Below the pieces are notes generated by a model. That model ran no database searches, was not told the origin of the DNA, and saw only the letters and a program-made list of their open reading frames with translations. Both the position numbers and the translations under genes were made by a program. Shown piece by piece: positions 12,446-22,445 of a DNA stretch of 64,000 bases. Numbering within the stretch: the stretch's first letter is position 1; every line of letters starts with the position of its first letter. The DNA comes from Myxococcota bacterium (GTDB taxonomy: Bacteria > Myxococcota_A > UBA796 > SXON01), in assembly GCA_040386535.1 (NCBI GenBank), contig JAZKFH010000019.1, forward strand, positions 64,001 to 128,000. The letters are read 5' to 3'.

Positions 12446-13506
12446 GGGCGCTCGGGCGCGGCGGCCGTCCCGACGCGGCGCTTCATCACCGTCGACTTGA
12501 GCTGGCCGCAGCCGGCGTCGATGTCGATGCCGCGCCGCACGCGCACGGTGGCGGGCACCCCGTAGCGCTCGAGGATCTCCACGAAGCGCGAGGCGTCGGG
12601 GAGCGCGGTGGGGGCGCCGTCGTAGCGGGTTGTGGGGTTCAGGGGGATGAGGTTCACGTGGCACGGGAGGCCCTTGAGCAGCCGGCCCAGACGCTCGGCC
12701 TCCTCGGGCTGATCGTTCTTGCCCGCGATGAGCGCCCACTCGAACGTGATGCGGCGCCCGGTCTTGTCGACGTAGAAGCGGCAGGCGTCCAGCAGCTCGG
12801 CGATCGGCCACCGGTCGTTGATCGGCAACAGCGCGCTCCGCTCGGCGTCCGTGGCGGCGTGCAGGCTGATCGCGAGCGTGACCTGCAGGCCTTCCTCGGC
12901 GAACTGCCGGATCTTCGGCGCGAGGCCGACCGTGCTCACCGTGATGTGGCGGGCGCCGATCCCGAGCTCGCGGTTGAGCCTGCGGATGGCCTCGAGCACC
13001 GCGTCGTAGTTGTGGAAGGGCTCGCCCATGCCCATGAGCACGACGTTCGAGAGGCGCTCGCCCTTCTGCTGGAGCTCGCGCGCGTAGAGCGCGGCCTGCT
13101 CGAAGATCTCGGTCGAGGTCAGGTGCCGCGCGAACCCCATCTGCCCAGTCGCGCAGAACACGCAGCCCATCGCGCAGCCCGCCTGCGACGAGATGCACGC
13201 GGTGCGCCGCCCGTCGTCATAGGCCATGAGCACGGCCTCGACGAGCTGGCCGTCGTGCAGGCGGTACAGCCGCTTGACGGTGCCGTCCTTGCTCACCTGC
13301 TCGGACTCCACGTCGAGCGCGCCGAGGGTGAAGTGGGACTCGAGCGTGTCGCGCAGGTGCTTCGGGAGGTCGGTCATCTCCTGGAAGCTGGCGGCGCCGC
13401 GCTCGTAGAGCCACGACCGGATCTGCTTCGCGCGGTAGCCCGGCTGCCCGAGCGTGGTCAGCCGCGTGGCGAGCTCGGCCTCGGAGAGCCCGTAGAGATC
13501 CTCCAT
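12442..13506 (-). CDS. rlmN: 23S rRNA A2503/tRNA A37 C2-methyltransferase (radical SAM)
   Basis: CISSQAGCAMGCVFCATG, MGMGEP, ISLHA, C-terminal DIDAGCGQL. SD AGGAGG upstream. Confidence 0.95.
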   Translation of the reverse strand: MEDLYGLSEAELATRLTTLGQPGYRAKQIRSWLYERGAASFQEMTDLPKHLRDTLESHFTLGALDVESEQVSKDGTVKRLYRLHDGQLVEAVLMAYDDGRRTACISSQAGCAMGCVFCATGQMGFARHLTSTEIFEQAALYARELQQKGERLSNVVLMGMGEPFHNYDAVLEAIRRLNRELGIGARHITVSTVGLAPKIRQFAEEGLQVTLAISLHAATDAERSALLPINDRWPIAELLDACRFYVDKTGRRITFEWALIAGKNDQPEEAERLGRLLKGLPCHVNLIPLNPTTRYDGAPTALPDASRFVEILERYGVPATVRVRRGIDIDAGCGQLKSTVMKRRVGTAAAPERP

Positions 13507-13590
13507 CGTCCCTCCTGGCGCGTCCTAACCCGTTCGGGTGCAATTCCCGGGGCGGGGCGATAGGTTCGCGCCCCAAGAAGGACCCCCCAG

Positions 13591-14453
<863 letters not shown>

Positions 14454-14457
<4 letters not shown>

Positions 14458-15269
14458 GCGGCGCGGAACAGCAGGACGTCATGGCCGTCGGCCCGGTCCA
14501 CCTCGAGCGCATCGATCATGTCGCCGTCATCACGATCGATCGGCCCAAGGCGCTCAACGCGCTCGACGCCGCCACGCTCCGCGCGCTCGACAACGTGCTC
14601 GACGCGCTGACGTCGGGAGAGGGCGGGGAGGCCCGTGCTGTCGTCATCACCGGGGGAGGGGAGAAGGCCTTCGTCGCCGGGGCGGACATCGCGGCGATGT
14701 CGATGCTCACGCCGGTGGAAGCGGCCCGGTTCGCCACGCTCGGCCAGCGCGTGCTCGACAAGCTCGAGGCCCTGCCGATGCCCGTCATCGCGGCGGTCAA
14801 CGGGTTCGCGCTCGGCGGCGGCTGCGAGCTGGCGCTCGCGTGTGACCTCGTCCTCGCGGCGCCGAACGCGGTGTTCGGCCAGCCCGAGGTCAAGCTCGGC
14901 GTCATCCCGGGCTTCGGCGGCACGCAGCGCCTCGTGCGTCGCGTCGGCTCGATGCGCGCGCGCGAGCTCGTGTACACCGGCCGCAACGTCCGGGCCGAGG
15001 AGGCTGTCGACATCGGCCTCGCGCTGAAGGTCGTCACCGAGGGCACCGTCAAGGACGCCGCGCTCGCGATGGCCGCGCAGATCGCCGCCCAGGGGCCCGT
15101 GGCCGTGCGCCTCGCCAAGCGCGCGATCCTCGATGGGGACGGCGCGGATCTGCGCGTCGGCCTCGCGGGGGAGCGCACGTTGTTCGCGCTCTGCTTCACG
15201 ACGGCGGACCAGAAGGAGGGGATGGCGGCGTTCCTCGGCAAGCGCGCACCGGGGTTCACCGGGGCGTGA
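14454..15269 (+). CDS. crt: Enoyl-CoA hydratase (crotonase)
   Basis: RPKALNAL, AFVAGADI, VNGFALGGGCELA, GQPEVKLGVIPGFGGTQRL. GTGA overlap start (alternative ATG 14481). Confidence 0.9.
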
Positions 15270-15967
15270 CCGCCTTCGCCCTCTCGCTCGTCCTCGCGTG
15301 CTCGACCCCGAGCGTGGCCGACCACTACGCCCGCGCGCTGACCGCCCCCGACTTCGAGAGCGGCTGGGCGCTCTGCGCGGGCGCGGGCGCCGAGCGGGCG
15401 GATTGTGAGCAGGGCGTCATCACCCGGCACAAGCGGTTCGACCGATGCGACACCATCGCCGAGGGGGTGTGGCGCGAAGAGTGCCAGTTCGCCGAGGCGG
15501 AGTACCTCTCGCACACCGGAGACCGCTCCGCCGCGATGCGCGCGTGCCATGCCAGCAACTTCTCGGTGAACTGCGAGCAGCACGTGCTGGACGGGCTCGC
15601 CATGAGCCTCCGCGACGCGCCCCCGGCCGAGGTCGCCGCCGCGCTCGTGAAGGTGGAGCCGGACATCAAGGGCCGGAACAGCGCCCTGGACTTCTGGCGC
15701 TCGTGGCACCGGATCCGGCTCGCCGCCGGGCTCCTCGTCTCCTCGGAGGACTGCCCGGACAAGACATGCCGCGCGGCGGTGCGCGCCCAGGTCCGTCGGG
15801 AGACGCTCGACCGCTTGAGGGGCGGATGTGCAGCCACGCCTCCCACGCTCGGCGCGACGTCCCCCGCGGTCACCACCTCGATCGAGCGCGTATGGCGCGA
15901 GCGGTGCTGCACGGAAGGTGCAACGTGTAGCCCCGCTACCGTTGAACTAGCCAACGGGGCGGAATAG
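15266..15967 (+). CDS. Hypothetical Cys-rich lipoprotein
   Basis: GTGA overlap with crt, lipobox VLAC, regularly paired cysteines. Confidence 0.65.
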   Translation: MTAFALSLVLACSTPSVADHYARALTAPDFESGWALCAGAGAERADCEQGVITRHKRFDRCDTIAEGVWREECQFAEAEYLSHTGDRSAAMRACHASNFSVNCEQHVLDGLAMSLRDAPPAEVAAALVKVEPDIKGRNSALDFWRSWHRIRLAAGLLVSSEDCPDKTCRAAVRAQVRRETLDRLRGGCAATPPTLGATSPAVTTSIERVWRERCCTEGATCSPATVELANGAE

Positions 15968-15991
15968 GGGGCGAGCCCGACGGAGCGCCCA

Positions 15992-17137
15992 ATGTTCGAC
16001 CTTCCCGACGACATCAAAGAGATCCAGGGGCTCGCGAAGGACTTCGCGCGCAACGAGATCCTCCCCGGCGCCGCGGCTCGCGATCACAGCCACTCCTTCC
16101 CGAAGGAGCAGGTCGCGAAGCTTGCCGAGATGGGGTTCCTCGGCATGTTCGTGCCCGAGCAGTACGGCGGCGCGGGCCTCTCCACGTTGGCCTACGTCGT
16201 GGCGCTCGAGGAGATCTGCTACGCGGACGCGTCGGTCGGCGTGACCATGTCCGTCAACAACTCGCTCGTCTGCTGGCCGATCCTCGCGTTCGGCACCGAA
16301 GCGCAGAAGCAGAAGTACCTGCCCGACCTCGCGACTGGCCGCAAGCTCGGCTGCTACGCGCTCACCGAGCCCGACGCCGGCAGTGACGCGGGCGCGCAGC
16401 GCACCAAGGCCACGCCCCAGGAGGGCGGTGGGTGGACCCTCAACGGCAACAAGATCTGGATCACCAACGCGCCGCACGCGCAGGTGGCCGTGGTCTACGC
16501 CAACCTCGCCCCCGAAGAGCGCCACCGCGGCGTGTGCGCGTTCATCGCCGAGGCCGACTGGAAGGGCTTCAAGGTCGGCAAGCCCGAGGACAAGCTCGGC
16601 ATCACGTCGAGCTCCACCTCCGAGCTCGCGTTCGAGGACATGTACGTGCCCGCTGAGAACCTCCTCGGCGGCGAGCGCCAGGGCTTCAAGATCGCCATGG
16701 CCACGCTCGACGGCGGGCGCATCGGCATCGCCGCCCAGGCGCTCGGCATCGCCCAGCGCGCGTTCGATCTCGCGGTGAGCCATGCCAAATCCCGCATGGC
16801 GTTCGGCAAGCCCATCGGCGCCAACCAGGCGATCCAGTGGATGATCGCCGACATGGCGACGCGCATCGAGTCCGCCCGCCTCCTGACGTGGCGCGCCGCC
16901 GTCTACAAGGACGGAGAGGACAAGGCCCGCGCCAGCCACATGTGCTCCATGGCCAAGCTCGCCGCCTCGGAGACCGCCAACTTCTGCGCCGACCGCTCGC
17001 TGCAGATCCACGGCGGGTACGGCTTCAGCAAGGAGTACGAGGTGGAGCGCCTGTTCCGTGACGCGCGCATCACCACGCTCTACGAGGGCACCAGCGAGAT
17101 CCAGCGCATCGTCATCTCCCGCGCGTACCTGGGCTGA
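15992..17137 (+). CDS. Short/branched-chain acyl-CoA dehydrogenase
   Basis: ALTEPDAGSDA, LNGNKIWITN, GRIGIAAQALG, QIHGGYG, LYEGTSEIQR. Confidence 0.95.
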   Translation: MFDLPDDIKEIQGLAKDFARNEILPGAAARDHSHSFPKEQVAKLAEMGFLGMFVPEQYGGAGLSTLAYVVALEEICYADASVGVTMSVNNSLVCWPILAFGTEAQKQKYLPDLATGRKLGCYALTEPDAGSDAGAQRTKATPQEGGGWTLNGNKIWITNAPHAQVAVVYANLAPEERHRGVCAFIAEADWKGFKVGKPEDKLGITSSSTSELAFEDMYVPAENLLGGERQGFKIAMATLDGGRIGIAAQALGIAQRAFDLAVSHAKSRMAFGKPIGANQAIQWMIADMATRIESARLLTWRAAVYKDGEDKARASHMCSMAKLAASETANFCADRSLQIHGGYGFSKEYEVERLFRDARITTLYEGTSEIQRIVISRAYLG

Positions 17138-17139
17138 TC

Positions 17140-17595
17140 GTGGACAAGCCTGCTCCTTCTGCTGACGGCGCCCCAAACGGCGGCGATCCCACCGCCACGG
17201 AGCGCATCCGCGTCCTCGTCGCCAAGCCCGGGCTCGACGGCCACGATCGCGGCGCCAAGGTGGTGGCCCGGGGCCTGCGTGACGCGGGGTTCGAGGTCAT
17301 CTACACGGGCCTGCACCGTACGCCCGCGCAGATCGTGCGCGCCGCGGTCGATGAGGACGTGCACGTGGTCGGCCTCTCCGTGCTCTCGGGCGCGCACGAC
17401 GCTCTGCTTCCCGCGGTCGTCGCGGGCCTCCGCGCCTCCGGTCGTGAGGATGTCCTGGTGATCGCGGGCGGCATCATCCCGGCTGCCGACGCCGAGCGGC
17501 TCAAGGCGCAGGGTGTCTCCGCAGTGTTCCCACCGGGCACCCCCATCGACAGCATCGTTGGGTTCGTGCGGGCAAACGTGAAGCCGCGCTGGTGA
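17140..17595 (+). CDS. Cobalamin-binding small subunit of an acyl-CoA (methylmalonyl/isobutyryl-CoA) mutase
   Basis: AKPGLDGHDRGAK (DxHxxG), GLSVLSGAH, GGIIP. Confidence 0.92.
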   Translation: MDKPAPSADGAPNGGDPTATERIRVLVAKPGLDGHDRGAKVVARGLRDAGFEVIYTGLHRTPAQIVRAAVDEDVHVVGLSVLSGAHDALLPAVVAGLRASGREDVLVIAGGIIPAADAERLKAQGVSAVFPPGTPIDSIVGFVRANVKPRW

Positions 17596-17598
17596 AAG

Positions 17599-18321
17599 AT
17601 GCCCGACGTTGATCCTCGCGCGACGATCCCGTATCTTTCGCGCCAGGGAGGGGGGACGGTGCGCGACGGCGACAACAGCGGGGAGATCCTGCTGCCCGCG
17701 CTCATCACGCGGACCTCCTCGGAGCTCCTCGGGCGCCGACCGCTGCCGCGCGTTTTGCGCGAGCGTCCGGTCCTGTTCGTGCTCGGCCCCACCGGCGCCG
17801 GCAAGACCTCCGTGGCGCGCCGCCTCCTCGCCGACACGCCCGACTACCACGAGGCGTCGTTCCGCCCCGCCGTGGTCGCCGCCGCGCGCAACCACGTGTG
17901 GGCCCCCGAGCTCCGCGACGCGCCGGCGCTGTTCCTCGACGATGTGGATTGCCTCCACAACCGCTTCGGCGTGCAGGAGCTGCTCGGGTCGCTCCTCCGC
18001 GAGCGCGCGCTGCGCGGGCGGCGCACGGTGCTCTGCCAGGGCAGCGGCAACGACACGTCGGTCACGCTCCTGTACGTCGGCGTGCCCCTGGCGCTCCGCG
18101 CGACCGTGCTCCTGCGCTTCCCCGTGGGGCGCGGCCGCCGGCAGCACGTCAAGGCGCGCTGCCTCGCGCGGGAGCTGCCGTTCACCGGCGCGCGCGGCGC
18201 CGTGGGCATGGAGCCGTGGTCCTACGCCCTCGTCGAGGCCCAGCTGGACGAGCTTGCCCAGCTGGAGCTCGACCAGCGGGAGCTGACCCAGCAGGAACCC
18301 TCGCCGATGAGCCTGGCGTAG
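17599..18321 (+). CDS. Small P-loop NTPase resembling the DnaA/Hda AAA+ core
   Basis: Walker A GPTGAGKT and LFLDDVDCLHNRFGVQELL, which resembles DnaA LLIDDIQF..K...QEEF. Confidence 0.6.
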   Translation: MPDVDPRATIPYLSRQGGGTVRDGDNSGEILLPALITRTSSELLGRRPLPRVLRERPVLFVLGPTGAGKTSVARRLLADTPDYHEASFRPAVVAAARNHVWAPELRDAPALFLDDVDCLHNRFGVQELLGSLLRERALRGRRTVLCQGSGNDTSVTLLYVGVPLALRATVLLRFPVGRGRRQHVKARCLARELPFTGARGAVGMEPWSYALVEAQLDELAQLELDQRELTQQEPSPMSLA

Positions 18322-18323
18322 CG

Positions 18324-20888
18324 TCAGTCCGGCTCGATGTAGCCGAGCGCCTCGAGCGCCTGCATCTGCGCGTTCTCGGGCGCGGCCAGCTGCTCGCCAT
18401 CCGTGGGGACGTGGAGCAGGGTGCCCGGTGTCGCCTCGAGGCGAAGCTCTCCGAGGGCGAGCTCCCCTTCGAGCAACGGCGACGTCGTGCCGCCCACGGT
18501 CACGGTGCCCGCGGGGCACGGGCCCTCGCAGCTGACGTACAGCTGGTGGCCTGAGGCGCGCGGGCCCGGAACGAAGCTCACCGCGCGCTTGTCGGGGCTC
18601 ACGACGATCCGGCCCACCTCCGCGACGGTGACCGCAGGCAGCTCGCCCCACTCGAGGTTGGCGCGCGAGCTGCGCTCGGCCTCGGGATCGATGACGCCCG
18701 CCGCCGCGATCGGCATGTCGAACCGCAGCTCGACGGGGCGGCGGGGCCCCTCGACGCGGAGCCGCCAGCCGGGCCGCACCGGCCAGCCGGAGGCCTCCGC
18801 CATCGCGCGTCGGAGCGTGTCGAGCCGCTCGGGCCCCACGTCGGCCACCCGGTCGGTCGTCTCGCCACGATCGTTCTGCAGGTCGTAGACCTCCTCCTGG
18901 CCGGTCCCGGTGTGCAGGATGTACTTCCACCCGCCGGAGACGACGGCCCAGCGCTCCTTGCCGAACATCAGGTGCCCGAGCATCAGGGGGCGCGCGGTCA
19001 GCGCGGCGGTCAGGCCCTCGCGCTCGGACGCGCGCGTGGGGTCGACGTAGGCGGCGAGCGACCGGCCGTCGGTCGGGACCGCGGGGAGCGATACGAGATC
19101 GAGGAGCGTCGGCACGAGGTCGATGAGGCCGACCGGCGCCTTCACGCGGGTGCCGCCCGACTGGCCACCGGGCGCGCGGATCCAGAGGGCGACGCGCACC
19201 AGCTCGTCGTAGAGGGTGTGGTTGTGCTCGAAGCCGCCGTGCTCGAAGAACTCCTCGCCGTGGTCGGAGTGCACCGCAGTCACGGTGCGCCCCGGGAGGG
19301 CCTCGAGCTCCGCGAAGAAGCGCCCGAGCTGCGCGCTCGTGTAGGCGACCTCGCCGTCGTACGCCGCGCGGATCCAGCGCTTGTGCTCGTCCCCGAACCA
19401 CGGCTCCGTGAGCAGGTTGTACACCTGCCAGCGCTCGAACGTCTCCGGCAGCTTCGCGGGCCGCGTCCCGCTCTGGAAGCGCGCGCCGTAGGGCGCGGGC
19501 GCGTCGTAGAAGGTGTGCGGGTCCATCAGGTGGAGGAACAGGAACGTGTCCTCGTCCGCGTGCGCCTTCTGCCAGGCGAGCGCACGGTCGATCTCCACGT
19601 CGGCCTTGGCGCCGTTCTCGTAGTGCCAGTGCTCGAACCCGTCGGAGAAGCCGAAGCGCGGCACGAGGTGCACGTTGGCGACCACGCCGGCGGTGCGGAA
19701 GCCCTTCGCGGCGAACGCCTCGGCCACGGTGGGCGCGGCGGAGGCGGCGAGGGGGTACCGGCCGGTCAGCGCGGTGCGGAACGACGGGCGGGTGCGGGGC
19801 GCGGGGGCCCACGCGGCGTCGAACACGACCGACTGCGCGGCCCACGCGTCGAGCTCGGGAGAGGTGGGGCGGCCGTACCCGTAGAGCCCGAGCGCGTCGG
19901 GCCGGAGCGTGTCGATGCCCACCACCACGACGTGGCGGGGCGTACGACCCGTGCGCGTCGTGATCGTCGGGGCGGTCACGACCGCGTTGGTCGCGCCGTC
20001 CGTGGCCGCGCGGAAGGTGAGCTCGACGCGCGTACCCGCCCACTTCGTCAGCGCGACCCGCTCGTCACGGGGAGCGTCCCCGGCGGAGGCCGAGGTGCTC
20101 CCCACCTCCTCGCCGTTGATCGACCACGCCAGCGTGGCGCCGCCGCTCTGGTGCTCGGGGAGCAGCGGGGCGAGCACCATCAGGCCGAAGTCCAGCGTTG
20201 CGACGGCCGGCACGTCGACCGGGAAGGTGATCTGGGCGCCGGGCGGCAGCTGCACACCTGTCCGCGTGATGCCGCCGACGGTCACCTCCGTGTGCACGAA
20301 CTCTGCCTCGCTCCCGACGCCCGACCAGCGGCGTTTGCCGGCCTCGGCGGCGAGCTCGGTCACCTTCATGCGTGGGCGGGTGGACCAGCGCTCGGGGTGC
20401 TCCAGCGAGAGGAGCTGGATCTGGCCGTCCTCGATGAACCAGCCCCCGCCGCGCAGATCGGCGGGGTCGTTCACGAAGGGGATCTCGGTGTCTCCCCGGT
20501 ACAACTTCGCGCCCATCGGCGCGTAGTTCGGCCGCGGCATGTCGGTGAGGAAGGGCAGGGGATGGCGGAACACGTGGAGGCGCCCGAAGGTGCGCCCGGA
20601 GTCGGTCCACTTGCCCTCCAGCACGAACGCGCCGGTCACGACGCTCGCGGCGGCCCCGGGGGCGGGCAACAAGATCCGCGCGGTCGCCAACGCGTCGAGC
20701 CCGCGCCACGCGAGGCTGTTCGCACCCTCGGCGAGGCCGAGCGCCGGGAGATCCTGGGGGGGCGGAGGCGCGGCCGGATCGGCGACGAGGCCGCCGGGGG
20801 CGCCGGTGCAGGCGGGGAGGGCGCCGACGCCGGCGCCGAGGAGGGCGGCGAGGGCAAAGAGGGCGCACGCGCGACGAGAAACTCCCAA
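18324..20888 (-). CDS. Exported sulfatase-like (alkaline phosphatase superfamily) protein
   Basis: VVVVGIDTLRPD, LHLMDPH, YDGEV, HSDHGEEF.EHG..EH. TTG start at 20888 chosen from an upstream GGAGG and a signal-like N-terminus. Confidence 0.85.
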   Translation of the reverse strand: MGVSRRACALFALAALLGAGVGALPACTGAPGGLVADPAAPPPPQDLPALGLAEGANSLAWRGLDALATARILLPAPGAAASVVTGAFVLEGKWTDSGRTFGRLHVFRHPLPFLTDMPRPNYAPMGAKLYRGDTEIPFVNDPADLRGGGWFIEDGQIQLLSLEHPERWSTRPRMKVTELAAEAGKRRWSGVGSEAEFVHTEVTVGGITRTGVQLPPGAQITFPVDVPAVATLDFGLMVLAPLLPEHQSGGATLAWSINGEEVGSTSASAGDAPRDERVALTKWAGTRVELTFRAATDGATNAVVTAPTITTRTGRTPRHVVVVGIDTLRPDALGLYGYGRPTSPELDAWAAQSVVFDAAWAPAPRTRPSFRTALTGRYPLAASAAPTVAEAFAAKGFRTAGVVANVHLVPRFGFSDGFEHWHYENGAKADVEIDRALAWQKAHADEDTFLFLHLMDPHTFYDAPAPYGARFQSGTRPAKLPETFERWQVYNLLTEPWFGDEHKRWIRAAYDGEVAYTSAQLGRFFAELEALPGRTVTAVHSDHGEEFFEHGGFEHNHTLYDELVRVALWIRAPGGQSGGTRVKAPVGLIDLVPTLLDLVSLPAVPTDGRSLAAYVDPTRASEREGLTAALTARPLMLGHLMFGKERWAVVSGGWKYILHTGTGQEEVYDLQNDRGETTDRVADVGPERLDTLRRAMAEASGWPVRPGWRLRVEGPRRPVELRFDMPIAAAGVIDPEAERSSRANLEWGELPAVTVAEVGRIVVSPDKRAVSFVPGPRASGHQLYVSCEGPCPAGTVTVGGTTSPLLEGELALGELRLEATPGTLLHVPTDGEQLAAPENAQMQALEALGYIEPD

Positions 20889-21002
20889 GCGACTCCGCCT
20901 CCACGGCGCGTGGTCTAACGCGGTCGAGGGGATGGGTCGTGAGGAGGGAGAGGTGAGCCCCAGCCGTTCACCGGTTAGTACGCTCGACCTTCCGGAGCCG
21001 CC

Positions 21003-21524
21003 GTGCACACCCCCGACGAGTCCCTCGCCATCACCCTCGCGACCTTCCTGTTCCTCGTGCGCCGCGCGGGCCACCCCCTGCAGGACCCCGCGGTCGAGTC
21101 CGCCTGCGCGGCGTTCGACGCGGGCGGCGCCCCGGTCGACGTGCTGGGCAAGGCCCTGGTCGACGCCGTGCGCGCTCGCCTCGCCGGCGCCCGCGTGGAG
21201 GACGTCGTGACCGCCCTCGGCGCGCTCCTCGGCGAGGATCACGTGCTCACCGATCTCGGCGAGGCCCCCGAGCGGGACGCGCGCATCGCCTCCATCCGCC
21301 GCGCCCACTTCGGCCACTCGCTGCCCTGGCTCGCCGTCATCATCGATCGCCTGCCCGACGGCGAGGTCGGCCGCCACTGGGTGATGGTCGAGGCGTTCGA
21401 CGAGTCCGCCCGCGTGATGGACCCGAACCCGTGGGACGACAAGGACGAGGAGCGCTCGTTGCCCGTCAACGACTTCATGGTCCAGTGGGAGCTCGCGGGC
21501 TGCCGGAGCGTGCGGGTCAAGTAG
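21003..21524 (+). CDS. Hypothetical protein with a C39-peptidase-like C-terminal half
   Basis: GRHWVMV...VMDP...FMVQW pattern, GGAG upstream. Confidence 0.55.
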   Translation: MHTPDESLAITLATFLFLVRRAGHPLQDPAVESACAAFDAGGAPVDVLGKALVDAVRARLAGARVEDVVTALGALLGEDHVLTDLGEAPERDARIASIRRAHFGHSLPWLAVIIDRLPDGEVGRHWVMVEAFDESARVMDPNPWDDKDEERSLPVNDFMVQWELAGCRSVRVK

Positions 21525-21563
21525 GCCGCTCGTCCGGGCCGGCCCCCCGCGCTAAGCCGCCCC

Positions 21564-22445
21564 ATGCTCGCCTGGACGTCCGCCGGCGCGGTCCCGAGGC
21601 CGCGCACCCTCCAGCTCCGCCTCCACCGGAGCTACCCCGATCGTGTCGCCGCGGGCGCGCCGCCCCCGTCCCGGAGCCTCTCCACGGACGAGGTGGCCGC
21701 CAACCTCCGCTGGTTCACCGCGCCCAGCCCGCGCGGCCTCCCGGTCGACGCGCTGGTGCTCGCCGGGCACGGGGTCTCGGCGCGGGCCGATCTCCCCGAC
21801 ATCGTGGGCCTCGCGCGCAGCCTCGGCGTCACGCGCGTGGTCGTGCACGCGGGCGTCGAGACGCTCGGCGCGCCCCCCGCGGGGGTCGACCGGTACGTGC
21901 TCCCTGTGCGCCTGGGCCCCGGCGGCACCGAGCCCGCCGCGCTCCTCGCGGCCTTCGCGGGGGCGCGCGCCGCGGGCGTCTCCGTCGACGCGAACGTGCC
22001 GCTCGAAGCCGCCGCGCTCTCCTTCTTGCCGGCGGCCCTCACGCTCGCGCGGGCGGGCGGCGCGGCCTCCGTCACCTTCACCTACCCGTTCCCCACCGGC
22101 AGCGCGGACGCGCCCCCCGCCGTGCCGGACACGCTCGCCGCCCTCGCCACGGCGCTCCCCCTCGTGAACGGCGCGAACGGCGACGATCCGCTCCCCGTCG
22201 CGATCAAGGGCCTGCCCGCGTGCTGGCTCGGGCCCTACGCCCCGCTCCTCCGCAAGAGCCAGAACCGCTGGTATGTGGACGCCGACCACCAGCTCGGCGC
22301 CGCCTTGCTCTTCTTCCCGGGCGTGGTCGCGTTCGCGAAGGCGGACGCGTGCCGCTTCTGCAGCCGGGACGGCGCTTGTGACGGCTTTCTCCCGGCGTGG
22401 TCCGGCCTCCCGGGGAACCCGCCCATCCGGCCGTTCGAACCATAG
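21564..22445 (+). CDS. Degenerate radical-SAM-like protein with a C-terminal Cys cluster
   Basis: rSAM-like layout (LSTDEV, IVGLARSLG), GLPACWL and CRFCSRDGAC, but no CxxxCxxC. Confidence 0.55.
   Translation: MLAWTSAGAVPRPRTLQLRLHRSYPDRVAAGAPPPSRSLSTDEVAANLRWFTAPSPRGLPVDALVLAGHGVSARADLPDIVGLARSLGVTRVVVHAGVETLGAPPAGVDRYVLPVRLGPGGTEPAALLAAFAGARAAGVSVDANVPLEAAALSFLPAALTLARAGGAASVTFTYPFPTGSADAPPAVPDTLAALATALPLVNGANGDDPLPVAIKGLPACWLGPYAPLLRKSQNRWYVDADHQLGAALLFFPGVVAFAKADACRFCSRDGACDGFLPAWSGLPGNPPIRPFEP

Noticed and set aside
17080..20043. 987-aa minus-strand ORF
   Set aside because: Arg/Gly/Pro-rich alternative frame overlapping the sulfatase-like gene and the plus-strand operon.
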